The notes: a model not told the origin generated them from the sequence alone. A stretch of DNA of 37,564 nucleotides from Candidatus Pacearchaeota archaeon (GCA_041679005.1 JBAYNB010000001.1:1-37564); one strand, 5' to 3'. Positions 9,712-18,209 are shown, numbered from the stretch's first letter. Translations and numbers: made by a program.

Positions 9712-11052
9712 ATGGAAGAGGACAATAAAGGGGTTAAGGGTGATTGGGTGTTTGCAGATTCAAAAAATTGTGATAAATTTTTAGCCTCCTCAAAAAGTTT
9801 TAAACCACTTTTTGCGGATTTACACATTCATTCACGGTTTAGCAGAGCTTGTTCTAAGGATTTAACTTTAGCTAATCTTGTTAAGTGGGCAAGGATTAAA
9901 GGACTAAGTCTATTAGGTACTGGAGATTTTACTCATCCAAAATGGCTTTTAGAATTAAAAGAAAATTTAAAAGAAGATAATGGAATTTTTTGGTATAATG
10001 ATGAGCAAGGTAAATTCCCATTTATTCTTAGTTCTGAGATAAGTTTAGTTTATACTGATAATGGTAAGGGAAGAAGAGTTCATTTAGTTTATCTTGCACC
10101 TTGTTTTGAAACTGTTGATAAAATTAATCAGTATTTAGATACTAAAGGAAGAAGAGATTATGATGGAAGACCAATTTTTAAGATAAGTTGCAGAGATTTT
10201 GTTGCTGATATGCAAAACATTGACGAGAGAATTGAAGTAATCCCTGCCCATATCTGGACTTCTTGGTTTGGTGTTTTTGGAAGTAAAGGAGGTTATGATA
10301 ATCTTGATGATGCTTTTAAAGATAAGAGAGATAGAATTCATGCAATTGAAACAGGAATTTCTTCAGACCCTGCTATGAACTGGAGAATCAAAGATTTAGA
10401 AAATATAAGTATTCTTAGTTTTTCTGATTCTCATAGTTTTTGGCCATTTCGTTTAGGCAGAGAGGCTACAATTTTTAAATTAGAAAAAGGAGAAAAATTA
10501 GTTTATGATTTAATAATTAATCAGATAAGGAAAAATTCTTTTATTGGAACAATTGAAACTGCTCCAGAGTATGGGAAATATCATTTTGACGGACATTTAG
10601 TGTGTAATTTTAGTTGTAATTTTGAGGAAACTAAGAAGTTAAATGGAATCTGTCCTAGATGTCATAAACCCCTTACAATTGGAGTTGAATACAGAGTTAA
10701 AGAATTAGAGATGAGTGATGTTGATTTTGAGAATTCAAAAAAAGAAAATAGGAAAAAATATTATACAATTCTTCCTTTGCATGAAATTATAGGACTTGAT
10801 TTAGGGGCAGGGATTAATTCTAAGGCGGTCTGGAAAATTTATAATGATTTAATTAAAGTATTTGATAATGAATTTAATGTTTTACTTAATGTTAGCAAGG
10901 AAAAATTAGCTCAGGTTCTGAAAAATCAGAGTTTGATTGATTTAATTATTAAAAATAGGAATGGTAATATAAAAGTTAAACCTGGTTTTGATGGGACTTA
11001 TGGAGTTGCATTATTGGACGGAAAAATAGAAAAACAAGCTACTTTAGTTTGA
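9712..11052 (+). CDS. endoQ: Endonuclease Q-like PHP-domain nuclease (cleaves DNA 5' of deaminated bases)
   Basis: PHP motifs DLHIHSRFSRACS, LLGTGDFTHPKW, IPAHIWTSWFG, ETGISSDPAMNW, FSDSHS and GREATIF. These are followed by GKYHFDGH, a Zn-finger (CPRCHKPL) and C-terminal VKPGFDGTYG, in the order I recall for Pyrococcus EndoQ. It carries an extra N-terminal extension of about 35 aa. Confidence 0.7.
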   Translation: MEEDNKGVKGDWVFADSKNCDKFLASSKSFKPLFADLHIHSRFSRACSKDLTLANLVKWARIKGLSLLGTGDFTHPKWLLELKENLKEDNGIFWYNDEQGKFPFILSSEISLVYTDNGKGRRVHLVYLAPCFETVDKINQYLDTKGRRDYDGRPIFKISCRDFVADMQNIDERIEVIPAHIWTSWFGVFGSKGGYDNLDDAFKDKRDRIHAIETGISSDPAMNWRIKDLENISILSFSDSHSFWPFRLGREATIFKLEKGEKLVYDLIINQIRKNSFIGTIETAPEYGKYHFDGHLVCNFSCNFEETKKLNGICPRCHKPLTIGVEYRVKELEMSDVDFENSKKENRKKYYTILPLHEIIGLDLGAGINSKAVWKIYNDLIKVFDNEFNVLLNVSKEKLAQVLKNQSLIDLIIKNRNGNIKVKPGFDGTYGVALLDGKIEKQATLV

Positions 11053-11061
11053 AAATATTTT

Positions 11062-11391
11062 TTATGCTACTTTTTTAAATTCTCTTTTTTCTAAGAAAGC
11101 GATTATGCCTTTAGGAGTTATAAGTTCAGTTTCAGAAGGAACATTTTCAGGTATTGAAAAATAACTTTTTACTTTTATTATTGTTTTATTCTCATTACCC
11201 TCAAGAGATAGTTCGCTGTGAATTGAATATCCTAATGTTTCCCCAAAATAATGAAAAGGATTAACAAATTGATAATTTGGCAAAGTAAGATTTGTTACTA
11301 AATCTTTTTCTATTTGTTCTTCTCTTTGAGGACTATTTTGTTTTATCCAAATGTTCTCTATTACTCTGTTATTAATAGAATCATTTTTCAT
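11062..11391 (-). CDS. Hypothetical protein
   Basis: 109-aa ORF with an ATG start. A TATA-like box (11413-11420) lies 21 nt upstream. No family recognised. Confidence 0.55.
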   Translation of the reverse strand: MKNDSINNRVIENIWIKQNSPQREEQIEKDLVTNLTLPNYQFVNPFHYFGETLGYSIHSELSLEGNENKTIIKVKSYFSIPENVPSETELITPKGIIAFLEKREFKKVA

Positions 11392-11444
11392 ATTAAATAA
11401 ATTATTATATTACTTAAAAGCTTTATTATTAAATAAAATACTCT

Positions 11445-12161
11445 TTATTTTTCTAGAATAAATTCACATCCTTGTTTTTTAGCTTTAATTTCAATCTCTC
11501 CCATTATTCTATTTAGTTCTGTTTTAATTTCTTTAAAGTCTTCTCCAGATATTAAGATTCTGTATTTCCCTGCTGCAATATATGAAATTTCAGCTTTTGA
11601 ATTTTTAGTTGTAGTCTGAATTATTTCTTTGATTCTTTTGATTCCATCCTCTGCTTTGCTTGAAAGATTGAATATTTGCTTTATTTCTTTTGCTTTGTCT
11701 TTTTTAGAGTCTAAAATTTGAATTATTTTTTCAGCGTCTTTCTTTGGAATTAATTTCTCTAAACTTTGTTGTTGTTCTTTTGCATCTTTAAAAAAATCAA
11801 AAAGACTTTGCTCCTGAACAATTTTTTCAATTATTTCTTCTGCTTTTTCTTTTCCTAAAACTGTTTTTAAAATTGCATTGTAATTTTTTTCTTTTTTAAT
11901 TTTATCTAGTAATTCTTTTTTCTCATTTTGTTTTACTCTTCTTAGAGAAAGTTGTATTCTCCCATTTCTAATACTCAAAATCTTGCAAACAATACTCTTC
12001 CCCGGGACTACATAATCTCTTAAATTTCTTATTCTTCCTGGGGCAATTTCAGAAGTAGTTATTGTTCCTTCTACATTGTCTTGTATTTTTACAAAAACTG
12101 TTGTTCCAACTATGTTTCCAACAGTACATGATACAATTTGTCCTTCTTCTAGTTCTTCCAT
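11445..12161 (-). CDS. eif2a: Translation initiation factor aIF2 alpha subunit (short form)
   Basis: N-terminal S1 domain (EGQIVSCTVGNIVGTTVFVKI...GRIQLSLRRV), then a helical domain and a C-terminal alpha-beta domain (ISYIAAGKYRILISGEDFKEIKTEL). A TATA box at 12184-12191 lies 22 nt upstream. Confidence 0.65.
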   Translation of the reverse strand: MEELEEGQIVSCTVGNIVGTTVFVKIQDNVEGTITTSEIAPGRIRNLRDYVVPGKSIVCKILSIRNGRIQLSLRRVKQNEKKELLDKIKKEKNYNAILKTVLGKEKAEEIIEKIVQEQSLFDFFKDAKEQQQSLEKLIPKKDAEKIIQILDSKKDKAKEIKQIFNLSSKAEDGIKRIKEIIQTTTKNSKAEISYIAAGKYRILISGEDFKEIKTELNRIMGEIEIKAKKQGCEFILEK

Positions 12162-12263
12162 AAATATAAGTCAAATTAAGATGTTATAAAGTTTGTTATT
12201 AGCCTTTGTTATCTCTTTACTAAATCTTCTCCTCTTGCTCGAAGATTTACCCTTTCACAAAGT

Positions 12264-12271
12264 TTAAAAAC
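12264..12271 (+). promoter_or_regulatory. TATA box (tttaaaaa), 21 nt before the S27e ATG
   Basis: The spacing rule supports the small unlisted ORF as a real leaderless gene. Confidence 0.5.
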
Positions 12272-12292
12272 CCAGTCTCATCTATGTTTTTA

Positions 12293-12466
12293 TGAAAGCT
12301 AAAAATAGATTTATAAAAGTAAGATGTCAGAGTTGTAAAAATGAACAGAATATCTTTGAAGGAGCAACTACAAAGGTAAAATGTTTAATTTGCGATACTG
12401 TTCTAGCTGAGCCAAGAGGCGGAAAAGCAGAAATAAGTGCAAGAGTTGTTGAAGTTCTTAATTGAT
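12293..12466 (+). CDS. rps27e: 30S ribosomal protein S27e (eS27)
   Basis: Not in the supplied ORF track because it is only 57 aa. My translation is MKAKNRFIKVRCQSCKNEQNIFEGATTKVKCLICDTVLAEPRGGKAEISARVVEVLN. This shows the C4 zinc ribbon and the FxKVxCxxCxNEQxxF...VxCxxCxxxLAxPxGGKA pattern typical of S27e. Confidence 0.85.
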
Positions 12467-12488
12467 TTTGCTCTTTTTTGATTTTATT

Positions 12489-13823
12489 TTATACTTTTAC
12501 TATTTCAATATCTAATTTATTCTTAATCAGATCTATGAATTTGTCTTCATCTTCTCTTCTAATTATACATCCTGCTGCTTTCTGATGGCCTCCAGACTCT
12601 CCTCCAATTATTTCTGTTATAGATTCCATTAACTTCTTAAGATTTCTGTTAGACTTTGGATTTCTTCCAGCCATTCTTGTTGAAATCTTAATTTTATCCT
12701 CATTATAAGCCATTCCAATGATTACTGTTCCTTCTTTGTATATTGATGAGAAAGAGAGTATACTTGCTAAAGTTCCTATTAAAGTGTCTTTTATTTTGTC
12801 TTTCACATTAATTATCACATATTCTCTTCCTTGTATTTTTTTATGCTGTTCAATTTGTTTTAATCCTGAGATTATATGTTGCCTATACTTTACATAAAGT
12901 TTTTCTGCATTTGCTCTTGCTTTATGATGGCCTAGGCAATACATTAAAGAGTTTGTTGGTTGGCCCATCCTACTTCCTGCATTTATTATTGCAGATATTT
13001 CTCTTGCATCTTCAATCTTATTGAAGAATTTTATTAAGAATAGATTCCCAATATAATCCTGATTTTTCTCTTTTTCAGATAGGCGTAACATGACTGCAGT
13101 TACTAGATCTTTCATTTCTTTTTTATCTAAATCAATAAGAGATTTGTAAGATTTACCTATTTTTTCAATTCCTGCTTCTTTTAAAAGTTCAAAAGTTCCT
13201 TTTGAGTCTCCTGTAACCCCTGGGATAAATGGTCTTGAACTATATTCTAGCGCTTTATCAATAGGTCTTGTTGATGGATAAATTAAAAGGCCTTCTTTAA
13301 TATGTACTTTAGAATCTTCAATTATTAATGAGGTTGTTTTTCCTATTTCTGACTCCATCACATCACCTATTCTTCCAATTACTGCTAGATATGCTAACTC
13401 TTTATTTTCTTCTGAAATCTCTCTTGAGACTAGGTAGGATAGTTCTGCAGCACATAATCTTTCAGTTGTATTTATTAAATGAGGATTAATTATTCTTATA
13501 TTCAAAGAAGGAATCTGGTTTTTTATTTCATGATGATCTATTACAAAAATTTTATTTTTTAATTTTGAAAGTTCATTTAAATGACTTGAACCTAAATCTA
13601 ATAGAACTATTGTTTTATCCTCTGGAAATTTTTCTATGTCTTCTTTAGTTAGAGACTTAAGTATTTTAACTGAGAATTGTTTGGATAATTTTTCTAGAGT
13701 TTTTATAAAAATTGCTGCAGAGGTAATACCGTCTGTGTCAAAATGGCTTACCAAATAAATTTTTTCTCCCTCAATTTCTTGTAAAAAGTTTTTAGTGAAA
13801 TTTTTAATTTCATCAAGTATCAT
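12489..13823 (-). CDS. DHH/DHHA1 phosphoesterase, archaeal RecJ/Cdc45-like (GAN-type) nuclease
   Basis: DHH motifs HFDTDGITSAA, LLDLGS and VIDHH, plus the DHHA1 motif GGHQKAAG. A GAGGA Shine-Dalgarno lies 6 nt before the ATG, and the gene starts 28 nt after the S15 stop, so it is likely in an operon with S15. Confidence 0.75.
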   Translation of the reverse strand: MILDEIKNFTKNFLQEIEGEKIYLVSHFDTDGITSAAIFIKTLEKLSKQFSVKILKSLTKEDIEKFPEDKTIVLLDLGSSHLNELSKLKNKIFVIDHHEIKNQIPSLNIRIINPHLINTTERLCAAELSYLVSREISEENKELAYLAVIGRIGDVMESEIGKTTSLIIEDSKVHIKEGLLIYPSTRPIDKALEYSSRPFIPGVTGDSKGTFELLKEAGIEKIGKSYKSLIDLDKKEMKDLVTAVMLRLSEKEKNQDYIGNLFLIKFFNKIEDAREISAIINAGSRMGQPTNSLMYCLGHHKARANAEKLYVKYRQHIISGLKQIEQHKKIQGREYVIINVKDKIKDTLIGTLASILSFSSIYKEGTVIIGMAYNEDKIKISTRMAGRNPKSNRNLKKLMESITEIIGGESGGHQKAAGCIIRREDEDKFIDLIKNKLDIEIVKV

Positions 13824-13851
13824 GTTATCCTCTTTTAGCTGTAATCTCTTT

Positions 13852-14259
13852 TTATGCTTTCTTTTTCTTTGAATAGTCTTCTCTTTTCTTAAGTTTTGCT
13901 TTAGTAATTATAAGTGAGAGTCCTGCTTTTTTATCTTGTTTGTTTTTATTAAAATGATTAATTATCTTTTGTAATTTATTATTAAGATTTAAATTTGTTG
14001 GTTCTTGGAACTTTTCTTTTAAAATCTTACTTATTTTAAGATTGTATATCTTTACTTTTGGAATACCATATTGGTCTCTTAGAACTAGCCCTATTTTTTC
14101 AGCAGTTAATCCTTTATCAGCTAGTTTTAGGACTATTGCTTTTACTTCTTCTTCAGTATATTTTAACCATACTGGTTTTTCTAATTTATTTGCTTTTGTC
14201 ATGTTAGATTTATTGAAAGTTGCTTTAAAAGACTTGCGGTAGTCTTTTAACTCATTCAA
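13852..14259 (-). CDS. rps15: 30S ribosomal protein S15 (uS15, S13e type)
   Basis: KPVWLKYTEEEVKAIVLKLADKGLTAEKIGLVLRDQYGIPKVK and C-terminal NKQDKKAGLSLIITKAKLKKREDY. The start is uncertain: the track start at 14259 is TTG, and the next in-frame ATG is at 14202. Confidence 0.85.
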   Translation of the reverse strand: MNELKDYRKSFKATFNKSNMTKANKLEKPVWLKYTEEEVKAIVLKLADKGLTAEKIGLVLRDQYGIPKVKIYNLKISKILKEKFQEPTNLNLNNKLQKIINHFNKNKQDKKAGLSLIITKAKLKKREDYSKKKKA

Positions 14260-14324
14260 AATTTACATTTTGAAGATTTTTAAAGATTGTGATTGGCTTG
14301 ATTTTGCTATTTTCTTAAAGAAAA

Positions 14325-14397
14325 TAGCCCCACCCGGATTCGAACCGGGGTCACAAGCTCCAAAGGCTCGCATACTTGACCACTGTACTATGGGGCT
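14325..14397 (-). tRNA. tRNA-Gln (anticodon UUG), 73 nt, no intron, no encoded CCA
   Basis: Hand-folded sequence: AGCCCCA-TA-GTAC-AGTGGTCAA-GTAT-G-CGAGC-CTTTGGA-GCTTG-TGAC-CCCGG-TTCGAAT-CCGGG-TGGGGCT-A. The A1-U72 pair is typical of archaeal tRNA-Gln. Confidence 0.9.
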
Positions 14398-14420
14398 ATG
14401 AGATTTAGAAATATTGATAA

Positions 14421-14428
14421 TTTATAAG
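14421..14428 (-). promoter_or_regulatory. TATA box (sense CTTATAAA), 23 nt upstream of the tRNA-Gln mature 5' end
   Basis: Same geometry as at the leaderless mRNA starts. Confidence 0.5.
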
Positions 14429-14486
14429 GTTATTTGTTGGTTTCTATTACAGATTTATTTAAAAATCTTATTTGTTCTTACTTTTC

Positions 14487-14792
14487 ATGGAGTTAGAAAC
14501 TGATTATTTAAAGGATTGTGAGAAATTAAGTAAGATTACAGGTTTTTCTATTGAAGAGATTTTTGATAATGTTGTTGGACTGGTAGTTGATAAAAAACAT
14601 GAATATTATGGAAAAATAGGCATTTTTGATAATGTAATCCTTGGTAATAATACTTTTTCTATTCTTTATAAGATTCAGTTCAGCAAAAGAAAAAAGGTCA
14701 TTTTTGAAAATAGCTCTCAAATATATTTAACTAAAAATTTGAATGAAATAATTAATAGAAAAGAAAAACAAGGATATTTGTTTGAGATTTAA
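14487..14792 (+). CDS. Hypothetical protein
   Basis: The ORF track starts at a TTG (14472). The in-frame ATG at 14487 lies exactly 21 nt after a TATA box (tttaaaaa, 14458-14465). No family recognised. Confidence 0.5.
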   Translation: MELETDYLKDCEKLSKITGFSIEEIFDNVVGLVVDKKHEYYGKIGIFDNVILGNNTFSILYKIQFSKRKKVIFENSSQIYLTKNLNEIINRKEKQGYLFEI

Positions 14793-15433
14793 TGTTTATC
14801 TTTATATCTCCCTCTTGATTCTACTTTTTCTAGTTGTTTTAGGATTTTATCTTTATCTTTGCTGTTGTAACCTTTGATAATTGATTTAAATAATTCTTCA
14901 TGATTTTTATAATGTTTTGCTTCAAGTGCTTGTTTTATCAGATGTAAGTCTACTGCTTTGTCTTCAATTTTTGCAGAGTGAAAACCTAAACCAAAGTCTA
15001 TGAAGTAAACTTTAAAATTATTTTTATTAGTTTTATCTTCTACATAAATCATATTTGAAGTTGTTAGGTCTCCATGGATAATATCAGAATCATGAATTTT
15101 TGCTGTTTCTTGACCTATTTGAAATGCAATTTCATATTTGTTTTTTAGGTTGTCAAGAGTGTCAGAGAGTTTTTCTCCTTGGATATATTCCATAATTATC
15201 TCATTTTCTTTTGTCTCTAATATTTTTGGAACATTAATTAATGAATATAATTTGTTCATAATTTTTGATTCTGATTTTGTTCTTTTTTTTCTTAATTTTA
15301 TATCTAATTCTGGAAGACGATATGCTTTTTTTGTTCTGTTTTTTATTATTTTATTGTCTTTTAGAGAAATGATTGCTTCTGCACCTTGAAAGAGAATTTT
15401 TGATTTCATATTAAAAATTAAACAACCTTTCAT
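14789..15433 (-). CDS. bud32: Kae1-associated kinase Bud32 (KEOPS subunit, RIO-like kinase fold)
   Basis: LFQGAEAIISL, catalytic IIHGDLTTSNMI and FIDFGLG. An alternative ATG at 15409 (MKSKILFQGAEA) would begin 2 nt after the upstream toxin stop instead of overlapping it by 23 nt. Confidence 0.8.
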   Translation of the reverse strand: MKGCLIFNMKSKILFQGAEAIISLKDNKIIKNRTKKAYRLPELDIKLRKKRTKSESKIMNKLYSLINVPKILETKENEIIMEYIQGEKLSDTLDNLKNKYEIAFQIGQETAKIHDSDIIHGDLTTSNMIYVEDKTNKNNFKVYFIDFGLGFHSAKIEDKAVDLHLIKQALEAKHYKNHEELFKSIIKGYNSKDKDKILKQLEKVESRGRYKDKH

Positions 15434-15731
15434 AATCTTTATGATTCATCCAATCAAGAACAATGGACAGAACTTCTATTTCAGTATTAGAGATAGTGTA
15501 TATTAATCTCCAATCTACTCTTAAATTATAAATCCATAAATTATTTAGATTATACTTAATTATAAGTTCTTTTGGTATTAATGCTTTTTTTACATTTCTT
15601 CCGCAATAAGCATTTTGTTTTATGTCTTCAATTGCTTTGTTTATTTCTTTATACAATCTCGGGTCAGCTCTTTCTAATTCTAAGAAAGCTTCTTTTAGTT
15701 TCAAGTCAGCAAAAATTACTTTGGATTCCAT
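15411..15731 (-). CDS. RelE/ParE-superfamily toxin-like protein
   Basis: The C-terminal pattern LWIYNLRVDWRLIYTISNTEIEVLSIVLDWMNHKDYERLF matches the archaeal RelE pattern (YRIRVGxYRIxYxV...IxxxxVxHRKxxY). It overlaps the upstream small gene by 16 nt. Confidence 0.55.
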   Translation of the reverse strand: MESKVIFADLKLKEAFLELERADPRLYKEINKAIEDIKQNAYCGRNVKKALIPKELIIKYNLNNLWIYNLRVDWRLIYTISNTEIEVLSIVLDWMNHKDYERLFNF

Positions 15732-16027
15732 TCTAAATCTTCTCTATTTTTGTATCTCTCTGCAAGTGCAGGATTCCATACATAAACAATATATTCTTCA
15801 TTGTCAGAAGCAATTTTATTTATGCTTTCAAGATACTCTATTATCACCTGAAATGTCTGCCACATTACCTTTTTTGGAAGTTTGTTAAACAGCTCTGTTT
15901 TTTTGTATTCCCCTGAATGTTCTTCAATAAATTTTTCAACCATTAAAACTGTTTGAAGTGTAGGGCTTCTTGCTATACTATTTGTTTCAATGTAGCTTTT
16001 ATTTTTTTTAATTGTTTGAGATTCCAT
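15716..16027 (-). CDS. Putative antitoxin / winged-helix DNA-binding protein paired with the RelE-like gene
   Basis: 103 aa from the ATG at 16027 (the track start at 16048 is TTG). It sits immediately upstream of, and overlaps, the toxin-like gene. It has a wHTH-like segment (TLQTVLMVEKFIEEHSGEYKKTELFNKLPKKVMWQTFQVIIEYLE). A 14-nt perfect palindrome lies just upstream. Confidence 0.45.
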   Translation of the reverse strand: MESQTIKKNKSYIETNSIARSPTLQTVLMVEKFIEEHSGEYKKTELFNKLPKKVMWQTFQVIIEYLESINKIASDNEEYIVYVWNPALAERYKNREDLEWNPK

Positions 16028-16041
16028 TTGGATAATTAATA

Positions 16042-16055
16042 ATATCAATTGATAT
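16042..16055 (-). promoter_or_regulatory. Perfect 14-nt palindrome ATATCAATTGATAT between a TATA-like box (16060-16067) and the antitoxin ATG; candidate operator
   Basis: Read directly from the sequence. The position is typical of autoregulated type II TA operators. Short palindromes also arise by chance in AT-rich DNA. Confidence 0.35.
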
Positions 16056-16111
16056 GACTATATAAACTTTAAGGTTTGAGAAAAAATTTATTTTAAAGGG
16101 TTATAAATTGA

Positions 16112-17530
16112 TTACATCCTCATCTTCTTACCGAACTTTTTTGCTAATTTCATCATTTGTTTTTGGTCTAAACCCTGACTGGGATCAATATCTGAAATTC
16201 CTGCTGTTCCTTGAGTCATTTCTTTTAATAATCTATATTGCTTAATTAATTGTCTTATCTCTGCGGTTGTTGTTCCTGAACCTTTTGCAATTCTTCCTAG
16301 TCTTGTTGTTTGTTTCTCAATTATTTCTGGATTATTGATTTCTTCTTCTGTCATTGAATCAATTGCATGATTCCATTTTTTTATTTTATCTTCTTGAGTT
16401 CCTAATAGATTTTCAGGAAGCTTTGCTTTTCCTAATCCTGGAATCATTTCAGCTATTTTTGAAAGAGAACCCATACTTGACATTGATTTTAACTGAGTTT
16501 GTAGGTCTCTTAAATTAAAATTACCTTGTTCTAATTTTTCTTTTAGTTTTTTCTGTGTTTTTTCATCAACTGCAGAATTAACTTTTTCTAATAATCCTTC
16601 TAAGTCTCCTAGACCCAACATTCTTGAAATAAATGATTTAGGATTAAATGTTTCAAGGTCAGATGCTTTTTCACCTGTTCCAATAAAATAAACAGGAGCA
16701 TTTGTTTCTTTACAAGCAGTAAGAGCACCTCCTGCTTTTGCTGTACTGTCCATTCTTGTTATTATAACTCCATTGATGTTCACTGCTTTTTGAAATTGTT
16801 CTGCTTGGTTTTTTGCTGCTTGACCAATATCTGCTTGAATCGTTAATAATTTATAATCTGGTTTAATTAATTTATTTAGTTCTGTTATTTCTTTTACAAG
16901 TTCTTTGTCTAGGTCATGTCTTCCTGCTGTATCAATAATTATTAGTTCATAATCATCAAGCTCTTTTTCAAATTTTTTGTATAATTTTAATGCATTTTTT
17001 TCAATTTTATCTGTAAAAATTTTTATTTTATTCTGAACTCCTAATTGTTCTAATTGGTCTGAGGCAGCAGGACGATGAACATCTAGTCCAATTATTGCTG
17101 TTTTAAATCCTCTTTTTTGATAATACTGTGCAAGTTTGGAGGTAGTGGTTGTTTTTCCTGCTCCATATAATCCTAAAAGCATTATCTTGCTTTGTTTTCC
17201 TTTTTTTATGTCTAATTCTTTTTTCTCTCCTCCAATTAAATTTAAGATTTCATCATGCAGTATTTTTGTAAGATGTTCTTTTCTTTCAACTCCTTTAATT
17301 TTCTCATTTTCAGCTTCTTTTTTTATTTTATCTCCAAGTTCTTTAACAAGATGAACATTAACATCTGCTTGTATTAGTGCTCTTTGTAAGTCTTTTACTA
17401 CAGATTCTATTGTTTTTGAGTCAAGAAATATAGCTCCAGCTATTTTATCAAATCCTTTTTTCAGTGCTGAAGATATTGATTCAAACATTGTCGTAAGAAA
17501 ATCGTAAGGGAACCCAGTTTCCCTTAACAA
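16112..17530 (-). CDS. srp54: Signal recognition particle protein SRP54
   Basis: NG domain with GLYGAGKTTT, DTAGR and TRMD, plus a Met-rich M domain. The track start is a TTG at 17530, preceded by GGAGG with a 6-nt spacer. The alternative ATG at 17488 (MFESISSALKK) aligns better with canonical N-termini. Confidence 0.9.
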   Translation of the reverse strand: MLRETGFPYDFLTTMFESISSALKKGFDKIAGAIFLDSKTIESVVKDLQRALIQADVNVHLVKELGDKIKKEAENEKIKGVERKEHLTKILHDEILNLIGGEKKELDIKKGKQSKIMLLGLYGAGKTTTTSKLAQYYQKRGFKTAIIGLDVHRPAASDQLEQLGVQNKIKIFTDKIEKNALKLYKKFEKELDDYELIIIDTAGRHDLDKELVKEITELNKLIKPDYKLLTIQADIGQAAKNQAEQFQKAVNINGVIITRMDSTAKAGGALTACKETNAPVYFIGTGEKASDLETFNPKSFISRMLGLGDLEGLLEKVNSAVDEKTQKKLKEKLEQGNFNLRDLQTQLKSMSSMGSLSKIAEMIPGLGKAKLPENLLGTQEDKIKKWNHAIDSMTEEEINNPEIIEKQTTRLGRIAKGSGTTTAEIRQLIKQYRLLKEMTQGTAGISDIDPSQGLDQKQMMKLAKKFGKKMRM

Positions 17531-17666
17531 GTCAACCCTCCTTTGATTGACAATTCATCTTTCTTAAGATAGCTTATTAATTTCATTTTTATTCATTTTA
17601 TAAGGAAATTAAGGGTTAAAAAAGTTTGTTAAGGCAGGTTTTATGATTTGGGGTTTTAAGAAAATG

Positions 17667-17674
17667 TTTTTAAA
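17667..17674 (+). promoter_or_regulatory. TATA box (tttttaaa), 21 nt before the ATG at 17696
   Basis: The spacing rule favours ATG 17696 over the TTG at 17687. Confidence 0.5.
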
Positions 17675-17695
17675 CCTTTTGATTCATTGAAATTT

Positions 17696-17875
17696 ATGCC
17701 TTGTGAACATATTGATTTATGCAAAGTCAATAGAATGTATGACCCTCTTTCAACTAAATGTAATTCTAATGAGGGAGCTGAATATGATTGTGGAGAATAT
17801 AAACGGCTTAGTAAAGCAAATGAATTTGATTTTTCTAAATTTATTAAGAAAGGACTAGAGAAGCTTTTTGGTTAA
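17696..17875 (+). CDS. Small 4-Cys protein (59 aa), paralog of 20824-21015
   Basis: MPCEHIDLCKVNRMYDPLSTKCNSNEGAEYDCGEYK... shares the pattern C-x5/6-C-x9/12-C-x9-CG-x-Y with the 63-aa ORF at 20824. Confidence 0.55.
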   Translation: MPCEHIDLCKVNRMYDPLSTKCNSNEGAEYDCGEYKRLSKANEFDFSKFIKKGLEKLFG

Positions 17876-17981
17876 GATAAACCTTCAGAATTTAATTTTG
17901 CTTCAAGAAGCCTTGATAAAAATTTGTTTAATGCTTCGGAATCTTCTTTAATCCTATTGTCCAAATAACTATTAAATTTAT

Positions 17982-18209
17982 TTAGATTCTCTTTTGTTTG
18001 AGGGTTTGTTCTTCTCCAATCTTTTCAGTTGCTTTTTGAAATTCTCTTAAAAAAATATTATGATTGAAACCTAATTTATATAATTCATGAACTAATTCTT
18101 TTGCTCTTTCATTTTGTCCTAACTTTCTAGATTCATGATAAAGAGTTTGAATTCTTTTAATTTCTCCACGAAATTCTTGATAATATTTTGAAATACTTAA
18201 ACTATCCAT
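17982..18209 (-). CDS. Hypothetical small helical protein
   Basis: 75-aa ORF with an ATG start. A TATA box (18231-18238) lies 21 nt upstream. Confidence 0.5.
   Translation of the reverse strand: MDSLSISKYYQEFRGEIKRIQTLYHESRKLGQNERAKELVHELYKLGFNHNIFLREFQKATEKIGEEQTLKQKRI

Noticed and set aside
9645-9827. A 60-aa minus-strand ORF spans the EndoQ promoter and start.
   Set aside because: It overlaps the well-supported EndoQ start and its TATA box. There is no promoter or Shine-Dalgarno of its own, and the sequence is not protein-like.
17876-17981. A possible 29-codon TTG-initiated ORF or frameshifted C-terminal extension lies downstream of the 75-aa gene at 17982-18209.
   Set aside because: It is very short, has no ATG, and lies after an in-frame stop. 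There is nothing to support recoding.
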